DNA of 41,572 nucleotides from the NCBI GenBank assembly GCA_039715015.1, contig JBDLIE010000021.1:1-41572 (forward strand), read 5' to 3'. The stretch's first letter is position 1. Every line of letters begins with the position of its first letter. The position numbers and the translations under genes are program-made. The notes under the pieces are model-generated. The model saw only the letters and a list, made by a program, of their open reading frames with translations, was not told where the DNA came from and did not search any database. The DNA is from Thermodesulfobacteriota bacterium. GTDB taxonomy: Bacteria; Desulfobacterota; Desulfobulbia; Desulfobulbales; SURF-16. This document shows, piece after piece, positions 28,640 through 37,892 of the stretch.

Positions 28640-30715
28640 CTAGCCCTTCAGGGTGTACATCTTAGAAAAGTCGCCGATCTGCAGAAAGAGGTGGGCAATG
28701 GCCGCCAGCAGTGACAGTCTGTTGTGTTTGACCGCCTCATCCTCGGCCATCACCATTACTTCGTCAAAGAAACAATCCACCGGCTCTTTCATCTTTAAAA
28801 TAGCCTGCAATGCCTTATTGTAATCCCGTTTGGCAAGAAGGGGCCGGCACTCTTCGGCTACCTTGGTAAAGGCTGCAAAAAGTTTTTGTTCCGCATCTTC
28901 GCTGAGAAGTTTTTCCTGGACCTCTCTGTCCTCATGGTCCTTGATGATGTTGGTAACCCGCTTAAAGGCGCCTGCCAACAAGGTGAAGTTTTCATGGCTT
29001 GAGATTGCGGCCAAGGCGGCAAGACGTTGTCGGCAGTCGGTGATGTCGTCAAAATGACCTGAGGTGGCAGCTTCAACGGCCCCGGCCGCATTGCCTGCGG
29101 CAACAAGATCATTAATATAGCGGCCTTTGATAAAGTTGATGATGGTGGCGAGGGTTTTCTCTTTGTTCATCTCAACCTTAGCGTCATACTGGTCAAGGGC
29201 CTTGCTGAAAATAGCAGACAAGGAAAGGTGCCAGTCTTGGTCGCTGATAATATGGATGAGGGCCAAGGCATGACGGCGCAGTCCGTAAGGGTCGGTGGCG
29301 CCGGTTGGGGCCTTGCCAATGGCAAAACAGCCTGCCATGGTGTCAATGCGGTCTGCCATGCTGACCAGGGCTCCTGCCTTGCCGGAAGGCAGGGCGCTTC
29401 CTGAGCGCAGCGGTTTGTAATGGTCCATGATGGCCTCGGCCACCTCTGCTGTTTCACCGTCATGGAGAGCGTAATATTTGCCCATCACCCCCTGGAGGGA
29501 AGGGAATTCACCCACCATGTCGGTGACCAGGTCGGCTTTGCACAGTTCAGAGGCCCTTTTGGTCGTCTCAAGAAGATCGGGCTCAAGCTCCCTGGCCAGC
29601 TGGGTGGCCAGGCTGGTGAAACGCTCATTCTTTTCTGCCATGGTGCCGAGTTGGGCCTGGAAAACAACGCCGGACAGGGAAGCTTTATACTCTTCCAGAC
29701 GGCGTTTACGGTCTTCGTTAAAGAAGAAGAGCCCATCTTCAAGGCGGGCCCGGAGGACGCGTTGATGACCCTCTCTTGAAATGGCTTCGTCCTTTACCCG
29801 GGTGTTGTTCACCGCCACGAAATAGGGGAGCAGGTCGCCGTTTTTGTCGGCCACGGTAAAATACTTCTGGTTAACCCGCATGGAGGTAGTGAGCACCTCC
29901 TTTGGCAGTTCGAGAAATTTATCATCAAAGGAGCCGCCAATGGCATTTGGCAACTCCACAAGTTGGGTCACTGTATCAAGAAGGTCAAGGTCAAGGACCA
30001 CGCTGCCGCCGGAGGCGCTGGCCGCCTCTTTTACCTGGCTTTCGATCAGTCCGCGCCGTTTGTCAATGTCAACCAGTACGTCCATGTCAAGGAGAGCCTC
30101 CTGGTACTGCTTGAAGTCGGTGATCTCACGGGTTTCGGGGCTCATGAAACGATGGCCGCGGGTGGTGTTGCCACTCTGGTGATCATCGATTTTAAATGAA
30201 AGGGTTTGGCCACCAAAGAGGGCGAGAAGCCATTGGAGGGGACGGGCAAAATGGGTGGCCTTGTCGGCCCAGCGCATGGATTTGGGAAAGGGCGTTGACA
30301 GGATAAGCTCGGGAAGAAAGTCCTGGAGGAGAGCAGAGGTGTCCTGGCCCTTAATCTCCTGGACCACCATGAGGTAATCGCCTTTATCCGTACTCACCAC
30401 CTGAATATCGTCAACAGAGGCTCCCCGTGACTTGGCAAAACCAATGGCCGCCTTGGTGGGTTTGTTGTCTGCGTCAAAACCAGCCTGTTTCGGGGGGCCC
30501 ATGACTTCCTTGCTCTGGTCTTCCTGGCGTTGGGCAAGATCACTGACGCTAATGGTCAGTCGCCGCGGGGTGGCAGCAGTGCGGATGGCGCTAAAGGGGA
30601 GGGAAAGCTCGCCAAGTTTTTTCTCCATTCCTTTTTTAAGGTGGGCAAGGGCAGGGTCTATATAGCTGGCCGGGATTTCTTCCGTTCCTATTTCAAGTAA
30701 AAGTTCGTGCTGCAT
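28640..30715 (-). CDS. glyS: Glycyl-tRNA synthetase beta subunit
   Basis: LLLEIGTEEIP, ATPRRL, PKSMRW, CKADL.T.MVGEFP.LQG.MG, DPYGLRR, NRL; ATG at 30715. Confidence 0.96.
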   Translation of the reverse strand: MQHELLLEIGTEEIPASYIDPALAHLKKGMEKKLGELSLPFSAIRTAATPRRLTISVSDLAQRQEDQSKEVMGPPKQAGFDADNKPTKAAIGFAKSRGASVDDIQVVSTDKGDYLMVVQEIKGQDTSALLQDFLPELILSTPFPKSMRWADKATHFARPLQWLLALFGGQTLSFKIDDHQSGNTTRGHRFMSPETREITDFKQYQEALLDMDVLVDIDKRRGLIESQVKEAASASGGSVVLDLDLLDTVTQLVELPNAIGGSFDDKFLELPKEVLTTSMRVNQKYFTVADKNGDLLPYFVAVNNTRVKDEAISREGHQRVLRARLEDGLFFFNEDRKRRLEEYKASLSGVVFQAQLGTMAEKNERFTSLATQLARELEPDLLETTKRASELCKADLVTDMVGEFPSLQGVMGKYYALHDGETAEVAEAIMDHYKPLRSGSALPSGKAGALVSMADRIDTMAGCFAIGKAPTGATDPYGLRRHALALIHIISDQDWHLSLSAIFSKALDQYDAKVEMNKEKTLATIINFIKGRYINDLVAAGNAAGAVEAATSGHFDDITDCRQRLAALAAISSHENFTLLAGAFKRVTNIIKDHEDREVQEKLLSEDAEQKLFAAFTKVAEECRPLLAKRDYNKALQAILKMKEPVDCFFDEVMVMAEDEAVKHNRLSLLAAIAHLFLQIGDFSKMYTLKG

Positions 30716-30868
30716 GGTGATTCCGTCTTGATGAATGAATAACAAAGAGGCCTCGGGGCATTATGAAACCGTGTAATATACCCTACTTGCCGCAATAGAC
30801 CAGAGGAAAACGAGAGAAATTTGGTGGCATGAACCAGCATTTCCATCAGGAAAGGAGGTGAAGATGGT

Positions 30869-31618
30869 TTACTGCGAAGTGTCCTGGGGCCCCTCAATGG
30901 TTGCAAAGGTAGAAAAACCTTCTGAGAGGTTCTCCACTGTCACCGAAAACCAGGAGATGGCTGAATGATCGTTGAGGCGTTTGCCAAGATCCTTGGCCAG
31001 TTGCTCCACGGAGAGATGGGGCTGGTTTGGTTTGGGCTGGGCGGCGGACCACTGAAGGTCGTGACTGGTGACCTCTTCCACCACCTCGATAAGATCCTCG
31101 ATCCAGATGAAATGACGGAAGCGCACACAGATATCAGCATTACCCCAATGTCCCAGAGACTCAGGAAGTCCTTTGCCGGTTTGCTCCACTCCAGGCGGCG
31201 CAATGGGCACCCGAAACTCCAAGGTGAGATCATCCTCCGAGTCATAGGTGCCGTGCATCTTGCAACTATACTCCCTAAGCAGGCCGGTCTTGCTGGTGGT
31301 TTCTTTTTGGAGAAAATAGGGGAATTCTACCTCCATATGGGCCTGCTCCGCCTCTAGTTTTTCCTTCATCTCTTCAAGGATGAGGTGAAAGCTGCGCAGA
31401 TTGATCTCGCCATGAAAACGGTTGAGAATCTCCACAAAGCGGCTCATGTGGGTCCCCTTAAAATGATGGGGGAGGTTTACTGACATATTGACGGTGGCCA
31501 CACTGCGCTGGTGACGATGGGCCTTATCCAGAACCGTGATCGGGTAGGAGATTTCTTTTACCCCTACCTTTTCAATGCTGATCCGGCGATGGTCGTGTTG
31601 GCTCTGGATATCTTTCAT
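30869..31618 (-). CDS. folE2: GTP cyclohydrolase IB (FolE2) homolog with degenerate active-site motifs
   Basis: N-half canonical (DIQ, IEKVGVK, KGTHMSRF, FPYF); C-half keeps WIEDLI and WFSV.VEN but lacks CPCS, HNQR, LLKR.DE and ESIHxH. Confidence 0.8.
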   Translation of the reverse strand: MKDIQSQHDHRRISIEKVGVKEISYPITVLDKAHRHQRSVATVNMSVNLPHHFKGTHMSRFVEILNRFHGEINLRSFHLILEEMKEKLEAEQAHMEVEFPYFLQKETTSKTGLLREYSCKMHGTYDSEDDLTLEFRVPIAPPGVEQTGKGLPESLGHWGNADICVRFRHFIWIEDLIEVVEEVTSHDLQWSAAQPKPNQPHLSVEQLAKDLGKRLNDHSAISWFSVTVENLSEGFSTFATIEGPQDTSQ

Positions 31619-31648
31619 GGCTTAGAAGGTGTGCCAAAGGGCTGGCAA

Positions 31649-31999
31649 TTACCCAAGATGTTTCTGGACAGACTCAAGGAGTTCAGTGAGGTCGGCTGAT
31701 TTGACGATATAATCGTCAGAGGCCCAGGATGCCAGGTCCTGCTTAAACTCTTGGTAGGCGGAGCTTAGAATGACGGGCATGGCAGGCATTTTTTTTTTCA
31801 TGATGCGTAATGTGTCGATACCGTTAAGCCCTGGCATATTGATATCAAGGATGACCAGGTCAGGTTTAAGGATATCAAGGGAGTTTAAGGCCTCATCGCC
31901 GGAGAGGGCGGAGTGGACTTCATAACCTGCATCTTCAAGCTCATCGCGGTAGAGGAGATGGATGGACTCTTCGTCATCAACAAGTAAGATTTTTTTCAT
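31649..31999 (-). CDS. Single-domain response regulator (receiver)
   Basis: ILLVDDE, LVILDINMPG phospho-Asp, SSAY, YIVKS. Confidence 0.92.
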   Translation of the reverse strand: MKKILLVDDEESIHLLYRDELEDAGYEVHSALSGDEALNSLDILKPDLVILDINMPGLNGIDTLRIMKKKMPAMPVILSSAYQEFKQDLASWASDDYIVKSADLTELLESVQKHLG

Positions 32000-32050
32000 G
32001 ATGTACCTTGCTTTGCTTACTGATCAATCCAGATTGAACTCTGGGCGTGG

Positions 32051-33052
32051 TTAAGAAACGCTGACCTCGCGCAGAAATTTAGCGGCATCTTCAGGGGGGA
32101 TGGGGTTAATGTAAAAACCGGAACCCCATTCAAATCCGGCAATACTTGTGAGCTTGGGCATGATCTCAAAATGCCAGTGGTAATGGCGCATAGGCTCAGA
32201 GCGTAACGGCGCACCGTGCAATACAAAATTGTAGGGCACATTGGGGATACAGCTCTCCAGGCGATACATGGCCTCGCCAAAAATCCGGGTCAGGGCCTGG
32301 AACTGCTCATCACTCTGGGTGATATAGGATGAGGCGTGCTGCTTGGGGAGTACCCACATCTCAAAGGGGGAGCGCGGTGCCCAAGGAGTGGTGACGACAA
32401 AGTGATCGTTTTCACAGACCAGGCGGGTCTGTTGTTTGATCTCCTGGCGGATAATGTCACAATAAACGCAACGCTCTTTATACTTGTAATAGGAGAGGCT
32501 GCCCGCTAGTTCGGAAACAACCATTCGGGGTAAAATGGGCAGGGCGACAAGCTGGGAGTGGGAATGCTCCAAGGAAGCGCCGGCAGCCCGTCCTTGATTT
32601 TTGAAGATCATCACGTATTTGAAGCGTTCATCTCTGCCCAGGTCAACCAAGCGGTCCCGGTAGGCAAGAAAGACATCCATCATCCGGTCAAAAGGGAGCT
32701 TGGAAAAGGTCTCGTCATGATTTGGCGTCTCAATGATGACTTCATGGGCGCCAATGCCGTTCATTTTGTCGTAGAGCCCTTCACCTTCTTTGTTTAGATC
32801 TCCCTCAATAACTAAAGCAGGGTATTTGTTGGGCACGGCCCGCAACGTCCAACCCGGGGTATTGGGAAGACGGCCTGAACTGCCGTAACCAAGAACCTCT
32901 GAAGGGGTTGTTTTTTCGTTGCCTGGACAGAGGGGGCAGAAACCACCCGTGCTGGCTGGTTCGTTGATGATGAAGTCTGTGGGGCGCTTGCCACGCTCCT
33001 GGGCAATAATGATCCAACGGCCCAAGACAGGATCTTTACGTAACTCAGGCAT
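32051..33052 (-). CDS. galT: GalT-family nucleotidyltransferase (Gal-1-P uridylyltransferase / ADP-glucose phosphorylase-like)
   Basis: ELRKDP, CPLCPGNE, NKYPAL, GASLEHSHSQ (HxHxQ), AGFEWGSG motifs. Confidence 0.9.
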   Translation of the reverse strand: MPELRKDPVLGRWIIIAQERGKRPTDFIINEPASTGGFCPLCPGNEKTTPSEVLGYGSSGRLPNTPGWTLRAVPNKYPALVIEGDLNKEGEGLYDKMNGIGAHEVIIETPNHDETFSKLPFDRMMDVFLAYRDRLVDLGRDERFKYVMIFKNQGRAAGASLEHSHSQLVALPILPRMVVSELAGSLSYYKYKERCVYCDIIRQEIKQQTRLVCENDHFVVTTPWAPRSPFEMWVLPKQHASSYITQSDEQFQALTRIFGEAMYRLESCIPNVPYNFVLHGAPLRSEPMRHYHWHFEIMPKLTSIAGFEWGSGFYINPIPPEDAAKFLREVSVS

Positions 33053-33134
33053 TGTTATCCCCGCTTGAAATCATGTGCAGTCAGCGCTGTGCTGTGAAAT
33101 GCAGATAGTTTCATGTGGAGGCCAGAGGGGGAAA

Positions 33135-33497
33135 TCAACCGGCCTTGGCCTTTTCATAATTTTCCTGCTTGGTCTTGCAGTTGATGCACAGAGTGGTCAC
33201 AGGACGGGCCTCAAGACGTTTGTCACTGATATCATCGCCGCAGTCGTCGCAGATACCAAAGCTCTCATCTTCAATACGCTCTGATGCCTCTTTAATTTTG
33301 GAGAGGAGTTTGCGCTCGCGATCGCGGATACGCAGCTCGAAATTGCGGTCTGACTCCGCAGTTGCTCTATCCGCAGGGTCGGGGTAATTGCCGGCGCTGT
33401 CGTTCATCTCATGGAGGGTCTTGTCAGCTCCAGCAAGGATTTCTTCACTCATTTTTTCAAGCTTTTCTTTAAAATAGGCCAGTTTCTTTTCGTTCAT
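33135..33497 (-). CDS. dksA: RNA polymerase-binding factor DksA
   Basis: DPADRA (DxxDxA), RDRERKL, C4 zinc finger CDDC...RLEARP.TTLCINC. Confidence 0.94.
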   Translation of the reverse strand: MNEKKLAYFKEKLEKMSEEILAGADKTLHEMNDSAGNYPDPADRATAESDRNFELRIRDRERKLLSKIKEASERIEDESFGICDDCGDDISDKRLEARPVTTLCINCKTKQENYEKAKAG

Positions 33498-33608
33498 GGC
33501 TTATCTCCATATCATGCTGGCGGAAAACATGAGCCAGACTTTTCTTAATGTCAAATTAGAAGCCATTGCTTCTTGTAAAACCGATCAAAAAAGCAGAGCC
33601 TTATGAAA

Positions 33609-34091
33609 CTATCGTACATAGGTGCCGCTTTTGCCACCTGTTTTTTTGAGCAAATAAATATTTGAAATTTTCATTCCCTTGTCCACTGCCTTGCACATGT
33701 CGTAAATGGTCAGAGCTGCGACGGAAACTGCGGTGAGGGCTTCCATTTCAACCCCTGTCTTACCGGTAATGCCAACTGTGGCCCTGACGGTGATAGCCGA
33801 AGAGGCTTCAGCCAGCTCAAACTCAACATCTGCTTTGGTGATGGGCAGGGGATGGGTGAGAGGGATGAGGCTGTCTACCTTTTTGGCGGCCATAATCCCG
33901 GCCAGCCTGGCAACACCAAGAACATCACCCTTGGCAATGGAACCCTGCTGCACCAGGGCAAAACATTCCGGGCTCATGGTGATGGCACCCTGGGCTGTAG
34001 CCTCTCTGGCGCTGTCGGTTTTGCCGCTGACATCAACCATGCGGGCATTGCCTGCATCATCAAAATGGCTAAATTTAGTGTCGTCTGTCAT
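33609..34091 (-). CDS. moaC: Cyclic pyranopterin monophosphate synthase
   Basis: [43 protein letters not shown]. Confidence 0.96.
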   Translation of the reverse strand: MTDDTKFSHFDDAGNARMVDVSGKTDSAREATAQGAITMSPECFALVQQGSIAKGDVLGVARLAGIMAAKKVDSLIPLTHPLPITKADVEFELAEASSAITVRATVGITGKTGVEMEALTAVSVAALTIYDMCKAVDKGMKISNIYLLKKTGGKSGTYVR

Positions 34092-35200
34092 GTTTCTTTT
34101 TCAGCCTTCTTAAAGAGGCGCGAAAAAAAGCCTTCGTCCGTATCTTTGGCATCTTCAATCTCGCCAAATTCTTCCAGGAGTTCCACCTGTTTTTTGGTGA
34201 GCTTTATTGGGGTAACAACCTGCACCTCGACAATCATATCGCCGGTACTCCGGGTGCGGAGGCTGGGAGCCCCTTTGTCTTTGAGATGAAAGGTCTGGCC
34301 TGACTGGACACCTTTGGGGAAGGTGAAAGATGTGTCACCATGGGCAGTGGGGATATCCAGAGTGCAGCCCAGGGCCGCCTGGGTCATGGTCAGTGGTAAC
34401 TGACAGTAAATACGGTCGCCGTCCCGTTCGAAAAATTCGTGGGCTTCAACGTGGATGACAACATAGAGGTCGCCAGCGGGTCCGCCGCGGCGGCCACCTT
34501 CACCTTCGCCGCGTAGACGCATGCGGGCACCGGTGTCAACGCCGGCAGGGATTTTCAGAGAAACGGTTTTGTTCTTGCGAACCAAGCCGCCGCCGTTGCA
34601 ATCTGTGCACGGTTCCTTGATCACCTGGCCTTGGCCCCGGCATTCGGGACAGGGGGTGGCAACCCTGAAGAAACCTTGGGAACGAGTAACTTGGCCAGTG
34701 CCTTGGCACATACCGCATGTCTCAGGTTTATGGCCGGGACGGGCACCGGAACCCTCGCAGGTCCAGCAGGTATCACGTTTGGTGATTTCGACTTCTTGTT
34801 CACAGCCATGGATGGCATCCATGAAGGGGATGGTGAGGTCGTAGCGCAGGTCAGCACCTTTGGCAGGACCGTGTTGTTCGCGGCGTCCGCCGCCAAAGCC
34901 GAACAGGTCACCAAAAACATCGCCAAAGCTTGAGAAAATATCTTCGAAGTTGCCAGGGCCGCCTTGGAATCCGGTGCTCCGGAGGCCCTCAGCGCCGTAC
35001 TGGTCGTAGATGTTTCTTTTCTCGCTGTCGCTGAGTACCTCGTAGGCCTCAGCGGCTGCCTTGAATTGGTCTTCAGCCTCTTTATCCCCCGGATTGCGGT
35101 CCGGGTGATACTTCATCGCCAGCTTGCGATAGGCTTTTTTGATTTCGGCGCCAGACGCAGAGCGATCAATCCCAAGGGTATCGTAAAAATCTTGATCCAT
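34088..35200 (-). CDS. dnaJ: Chaperone DnaJ
   Basis: J domain with HPD, G/F region, four CxxCxGxG repeats. Confidence 0.97.
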   Translation of the reverse strand: MDQDFYDTLGIDRSASGAEIKKAYRKLAMKYHPDRNPGDKEAEDQFKAAAEAYEVLSDSEKRNIYDQYGAEGLRSTGFQGGPGNFEDIFSSFGDVFGDLFGFGGGRREQHGPAKGADLRYDLTIPFMDAIHGCEQEVEITKRDTCWTCEGSGARPGHKPETCGMCQGTGQVTRSQGFFRVATPCPECRGQGQVIKEPCTDCNGGGLVRKNKTVSLKIPAGVDTGARMRLRGEGEGGRRGGPAGDLYVVIHVEAHEFFERDGDRIYCQLPLTMTQAALGCTLDIPTAHGDTSFTFPKGVQSGQTFHLKDKGAPSLRTRSTGDMIVEVQVVTPIKLTKKQVELLEEFGEIEDAKDTDEGFFSRLFKKAEKET

Positions 35201-35289
35201 AAAAAAGCTAAAAAAGGACTCATGTTACTGTGAAAGATTGGCGCCAGAAACAGATGGACGCCAACAGTAAGAGCCTGTCTTGAAATTAT

Positions 35290-35556
35290 TTAGGTGGTTT
35301 CAGCTGCGGAGGCTTCAGTCTCAGCTTCCTCTGTCTCAACCTGTGGCGGCTGTCCCAATGATCTGATGTTGTCAAAAGTTACCTGGCCGGCAGCAATCTC
35401 CCGCAGGGTCATGACGGTTTCTTTGTTCTTTCCCTTGGCCAAAAAAGGCTGTCCTTTGCGGTGTTGCTTCACGCGGGCAACGCCGAGGTGGATGAGGGAA
35501 AAACGATTCTCATTACCAATTTGACTCAAGCAGTCTTCAACAGTAATTCGGGCCAT
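35290..35556 (-). CDS. rpoZ: RNA polymerase omega subunit
   Basis: MARITVEDCL...NRFSLI...NK...LREIA; GGAGG SD. Confidence 0.93.
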   Translation of the reverse strand: MARITVEDCLSQIGNENRFSLIHLGVARVKQHRKGQPFLAKGKNKETVMTLREIAAGQVTFDNIRSLGQPPQVETEEAETEASAAETT

Positions 35557-35756
35557 AAATACATTTCCTCCAGGGAAATTGTGAGAGGTCTATAGGGGTT
35601 GCTCTGGGGCTTATTTGTTAAGTGTCTGAAACAAAAAGAGAAAAACGAAAAAGCACCTTTCCCCGCACCAGAACCAAATAAATATATACAACTTTTTATC
35701 TTTGGCAATAGCTTTTTGAATAAAGTTGCGGGCCAACGTTATTCGTGTCTTTTTGC

Positions 35757-35772
35757 TGGCATGAGACATGCA
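35757..35772 (+). promoter_or_regulatory. Candidate sigma54 promoter of the FlgO/lipoprotein operon
   Basis: TGGCAT-GAGAC-ATGCA with exact GG-N10-GC spacing, about 200 nt upstream of the first gene. Confidence 0.5.
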
Positions 35773-35975
35773 AGTATGGGGTTGGTATAAAATATCGATA
35801 TAATGGGTGTGGATCATCATATCTTTGTAAGTTGTCGATGTTTAACAGTATTTATGGATTGTTTCCGGCCTGTCCTATGCTGGATAAGTGGGAAAAAAAT
35901 GCCCTTACCGTCAGCAATCTGTCGGTAAGGGGATGAAACAATGACGCTTTGGAAAGGATTTGTGGGGAGGTGGGA

Positions 35976-36209
35976 ATGAGGATTGTTTATCTGGTTTTAT
36001 GTTGTGCCTTGGCTGGTTGCACTTCTTCTTCACGCCTGGCAAACCCCCTTGGTCTTGATATGGATCCGCTTCTCAGGCTTGTTGATGGACAGCGGCCGGT
36101 AGAGGTGATTTATCCGGCAGGAGCACCGCGCACCTCCTTGGCGGACAGCTATGGTCCAGAATGGGAAATAATGAGACATGGCTACCCGCCCTATAAATAT
36201 GAAGAATGA
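35976..36209 (+). CDS. Small putative lipoprotein
   Basis: GGAGGT SD; MRIVYLVLCCALAGC signal with LAGC lipobox; 77 aa. Confidence 0.65.
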   Translation: MRIVYLVLCCALAGCTSSSRLANPLGLDMDPLLRLVDGQRPVEVIYPAGAPRTSLADSYGPEWEIMRHGYPPYKYEE

Positions 36210-36234
36210 TGGGATTGATTTTACGGTGAGAAAG

Positions 36235-36996
36235 ATGAAAAAAAATATCTACGGTATGGGCCTTGTTGCGGCGGCAACCCTTTTATTGGGAAATGGCCCG
36301 GCCCTGGGATCAGATGCCGTTGTCTTGAAACAATATGCCTTGGATCATCCCCATCAGGTGCCCAGTGATTATGTCTACCGGACCCCCCGTGTTTTTTCTG
36401 GAGACAGGGGAGGGGTTAATCTCTCCTGGGACTGGTTGAAGGGAGGCAAAAAAAAGATCATGCCGGCAGAAACAGGTACCCAGTTGAAACTGAGGGTGCG
36501 GGAGCTCGTCGTTCAGCTCCTGGCAGGAAGCACGGAACCAGTGCCCGGCGAGTTACGGGTTACAGTGGCAAGCTTTGTTAATCTTGATGAGGTGTACGAA
36601 ACATCGGCCCTTGGCCGCTACCTGGGCGAACAGATGCTCCATGAGTTGCAGCTGGCTCGAGTGGATGCCGTTGATGTTCGGATGATGCCGGCCATGCAGA
36701 TCAGCAAGGGACACGGCGAGTATGTCCTGTCGCGGGACATGAATGAGCTGAATTACGCGCATCAAGCCGATGCCGTGGTGGCAGGCACTTATTCCGTGGC
36801 TGATGGTCAAATTTTTGTCAACGCCCGCCTCCTTGAAAATGGCACCGGGCTCCTGCTCTCCAGCAGTTCCATTGTCTTTGATGTGGATGGACTGTCTGCA
36901 GCCATGCTTAAAAATGCAAGTAAACCTTTGCAGGCACCGACCTACGAGGTGGGAATTGAAAAATTTCCCGTTTCTAAAGAGGGGGGGCAGAGGTGA
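36235..36996 (+). CDS. FlgO-family exported protein (start uncertain: 36199 or 36235)
   Basis: Signal peptide; VASFVNLD...TSALGRYLGEQ...GEYVLSRD...VVAGTYS...VNARL FlgO pattern. Confidence 0.78.
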   Translation: MKKNIYGMGLVAAATLLLGNGPALGSDAVVLKQYALDHPHQVPSDYVYRTPRVFSGDRGGVNLSWDWLKGGKKKIMPAETGTQLKLRVRELVVQLLAGSTEPVPGELRVTVASFVNLDEVYETSALGRYLGEQMLHELQLARVDAVDVRMMPAMQISKGHGEYVLSRDMNELNYAHQADAVVAGTYSVADGQIFVNARLLENGTGLLLSSSSIVFDVDGLSAAMLKNASKPLQAPTYEVGIEKFPVSKEGGQR

Positions 36997-37292
36997 AAAT
37001 GATGAGTTGGGATATGAAAAAAGTAGGTCTCGTTCTTGTTCTCTTATCGTTGACAACCTCTGGCTGTGCCGGCAATTCAGGGTCGGACCAGTTTTCTCCA
37101 AGGGAGATGGCCATTGAAAGAAAGGCTCGCAATAGCTACGAACACGCAATTGCCTATATGGGTAAAGGCCATTATCTCCTGGCCAGACAGCAGTTTTCCG
37201 AAGCTGCAGCCATGGCCATGAGTCAGGAGCTTCACGATGACTCCCTGGCAGGACTTGCCCGGGTCGAAAAAATTATCGCAGCCCGGAGGTAG
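36993..37292 (+). CDS. Putative lipoprotein with TPR-like helices
   Basis: MKKVGLVLVLLSLTTSGC lipoprotein signal; YEHAIAYMGKGHYLLARQQFSEA is TPR-like; GTGA overlap with the upstream stop. Confidence 0.7.
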   Translation: MKMMSWDMKKVGLVLVLLSLTTSGCAGNSGSDQFSPREMAIERKARNSYEHAIAYMGKGHYLLARQQFSEAAAMAMSQELHDDSLAGLARVEKIIAARR

Positions 37293-37298
37293 ACTGTT

Positions 37299-37892
37299 TT
37301 GAAGAGAATGAACAGCAAGATAAAAACAGGAGCACTTCTCTTGCTCCTGCTGACAGGCTTGACTGGTTGTTTCTGGTCAAAGCCGGGCGGCACGGTGTCA
37401 GCGGCGTCGCCTGATTTTTTCGGCTTTGGCGATTATTTGGCCCGTCAACTTGTCGCCAATAGGGGCTATGGGCCCGACAGTGGCGAACGAATTATCCTGA
37501 CCAGTATGGTCAATCTCGATAATCTTTATGAAACCTCGGCATTTGGCCGCACTATGACCGAATCCCTCTCCACCTGTCTCTTTCGGTATGGTTTCCGGGT
37601 GGCTGAGGTGCGTAAGGCGCCATCACTATTTATCCGCGACAAGGAGGGCGAGCTGCTGCTCAGCCGCGATGCCGCCCTGGTTGCCAAAAGCCAGCAGGTG
37701 CAGAGCATAGTCACCGGCACCTACTCCCTGACCCCCACCACAGTAATTATTAATGTTCGCCTTCTTGACGCTGGATCGCAGGAGGTACTTTCTGTGGCAG
37801 GTATGGAATTACAGCGCAGCCATAATGTCAACTATCTGCTGGCTGGTGATGGCTCCTTGGTGGATGGCCGGTTGTCGGCATATGAACGGTAG
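37299..37892 (+). CDS. FlgO-family lipoprotein
   Basis: LTGC lipobox; TSMVNLDNL..TSAFGR...GELLLSRD...IVTGTYS...INVRL. Confidence 0.8.
   Translation: MKRMNSKIKTGALLLLLLTGLTGCFWSKPGGTVSAASPDFFGFGDYLARQLVANRGYGPDSGERIILTSMVNLDNLYETSAFGRTMTESLSTCLFRYGFRVAEVRKAPSLFIRDKEGELLLSRDAALVAKSQQVQSIVTGTYSLTPTTVIINVRLLDAGSQEVLSVAGMELQRSHNVNYLLAGDGSLVDGRLSAYER

Noticed and set aside
30716..30868. Possible T-box or glycine riboswitch upstream of glyS
   Set aside because: No T-box GGTGGNACCGCG, no terminator/antiterminator pair, and the region is short
35780..35845. Possible sigma28 promoter (TCGAT-containing motifs) upstream of the FlgO operon
   Set aside because: No convincing TAAA-N15-GCCGATAA spacing
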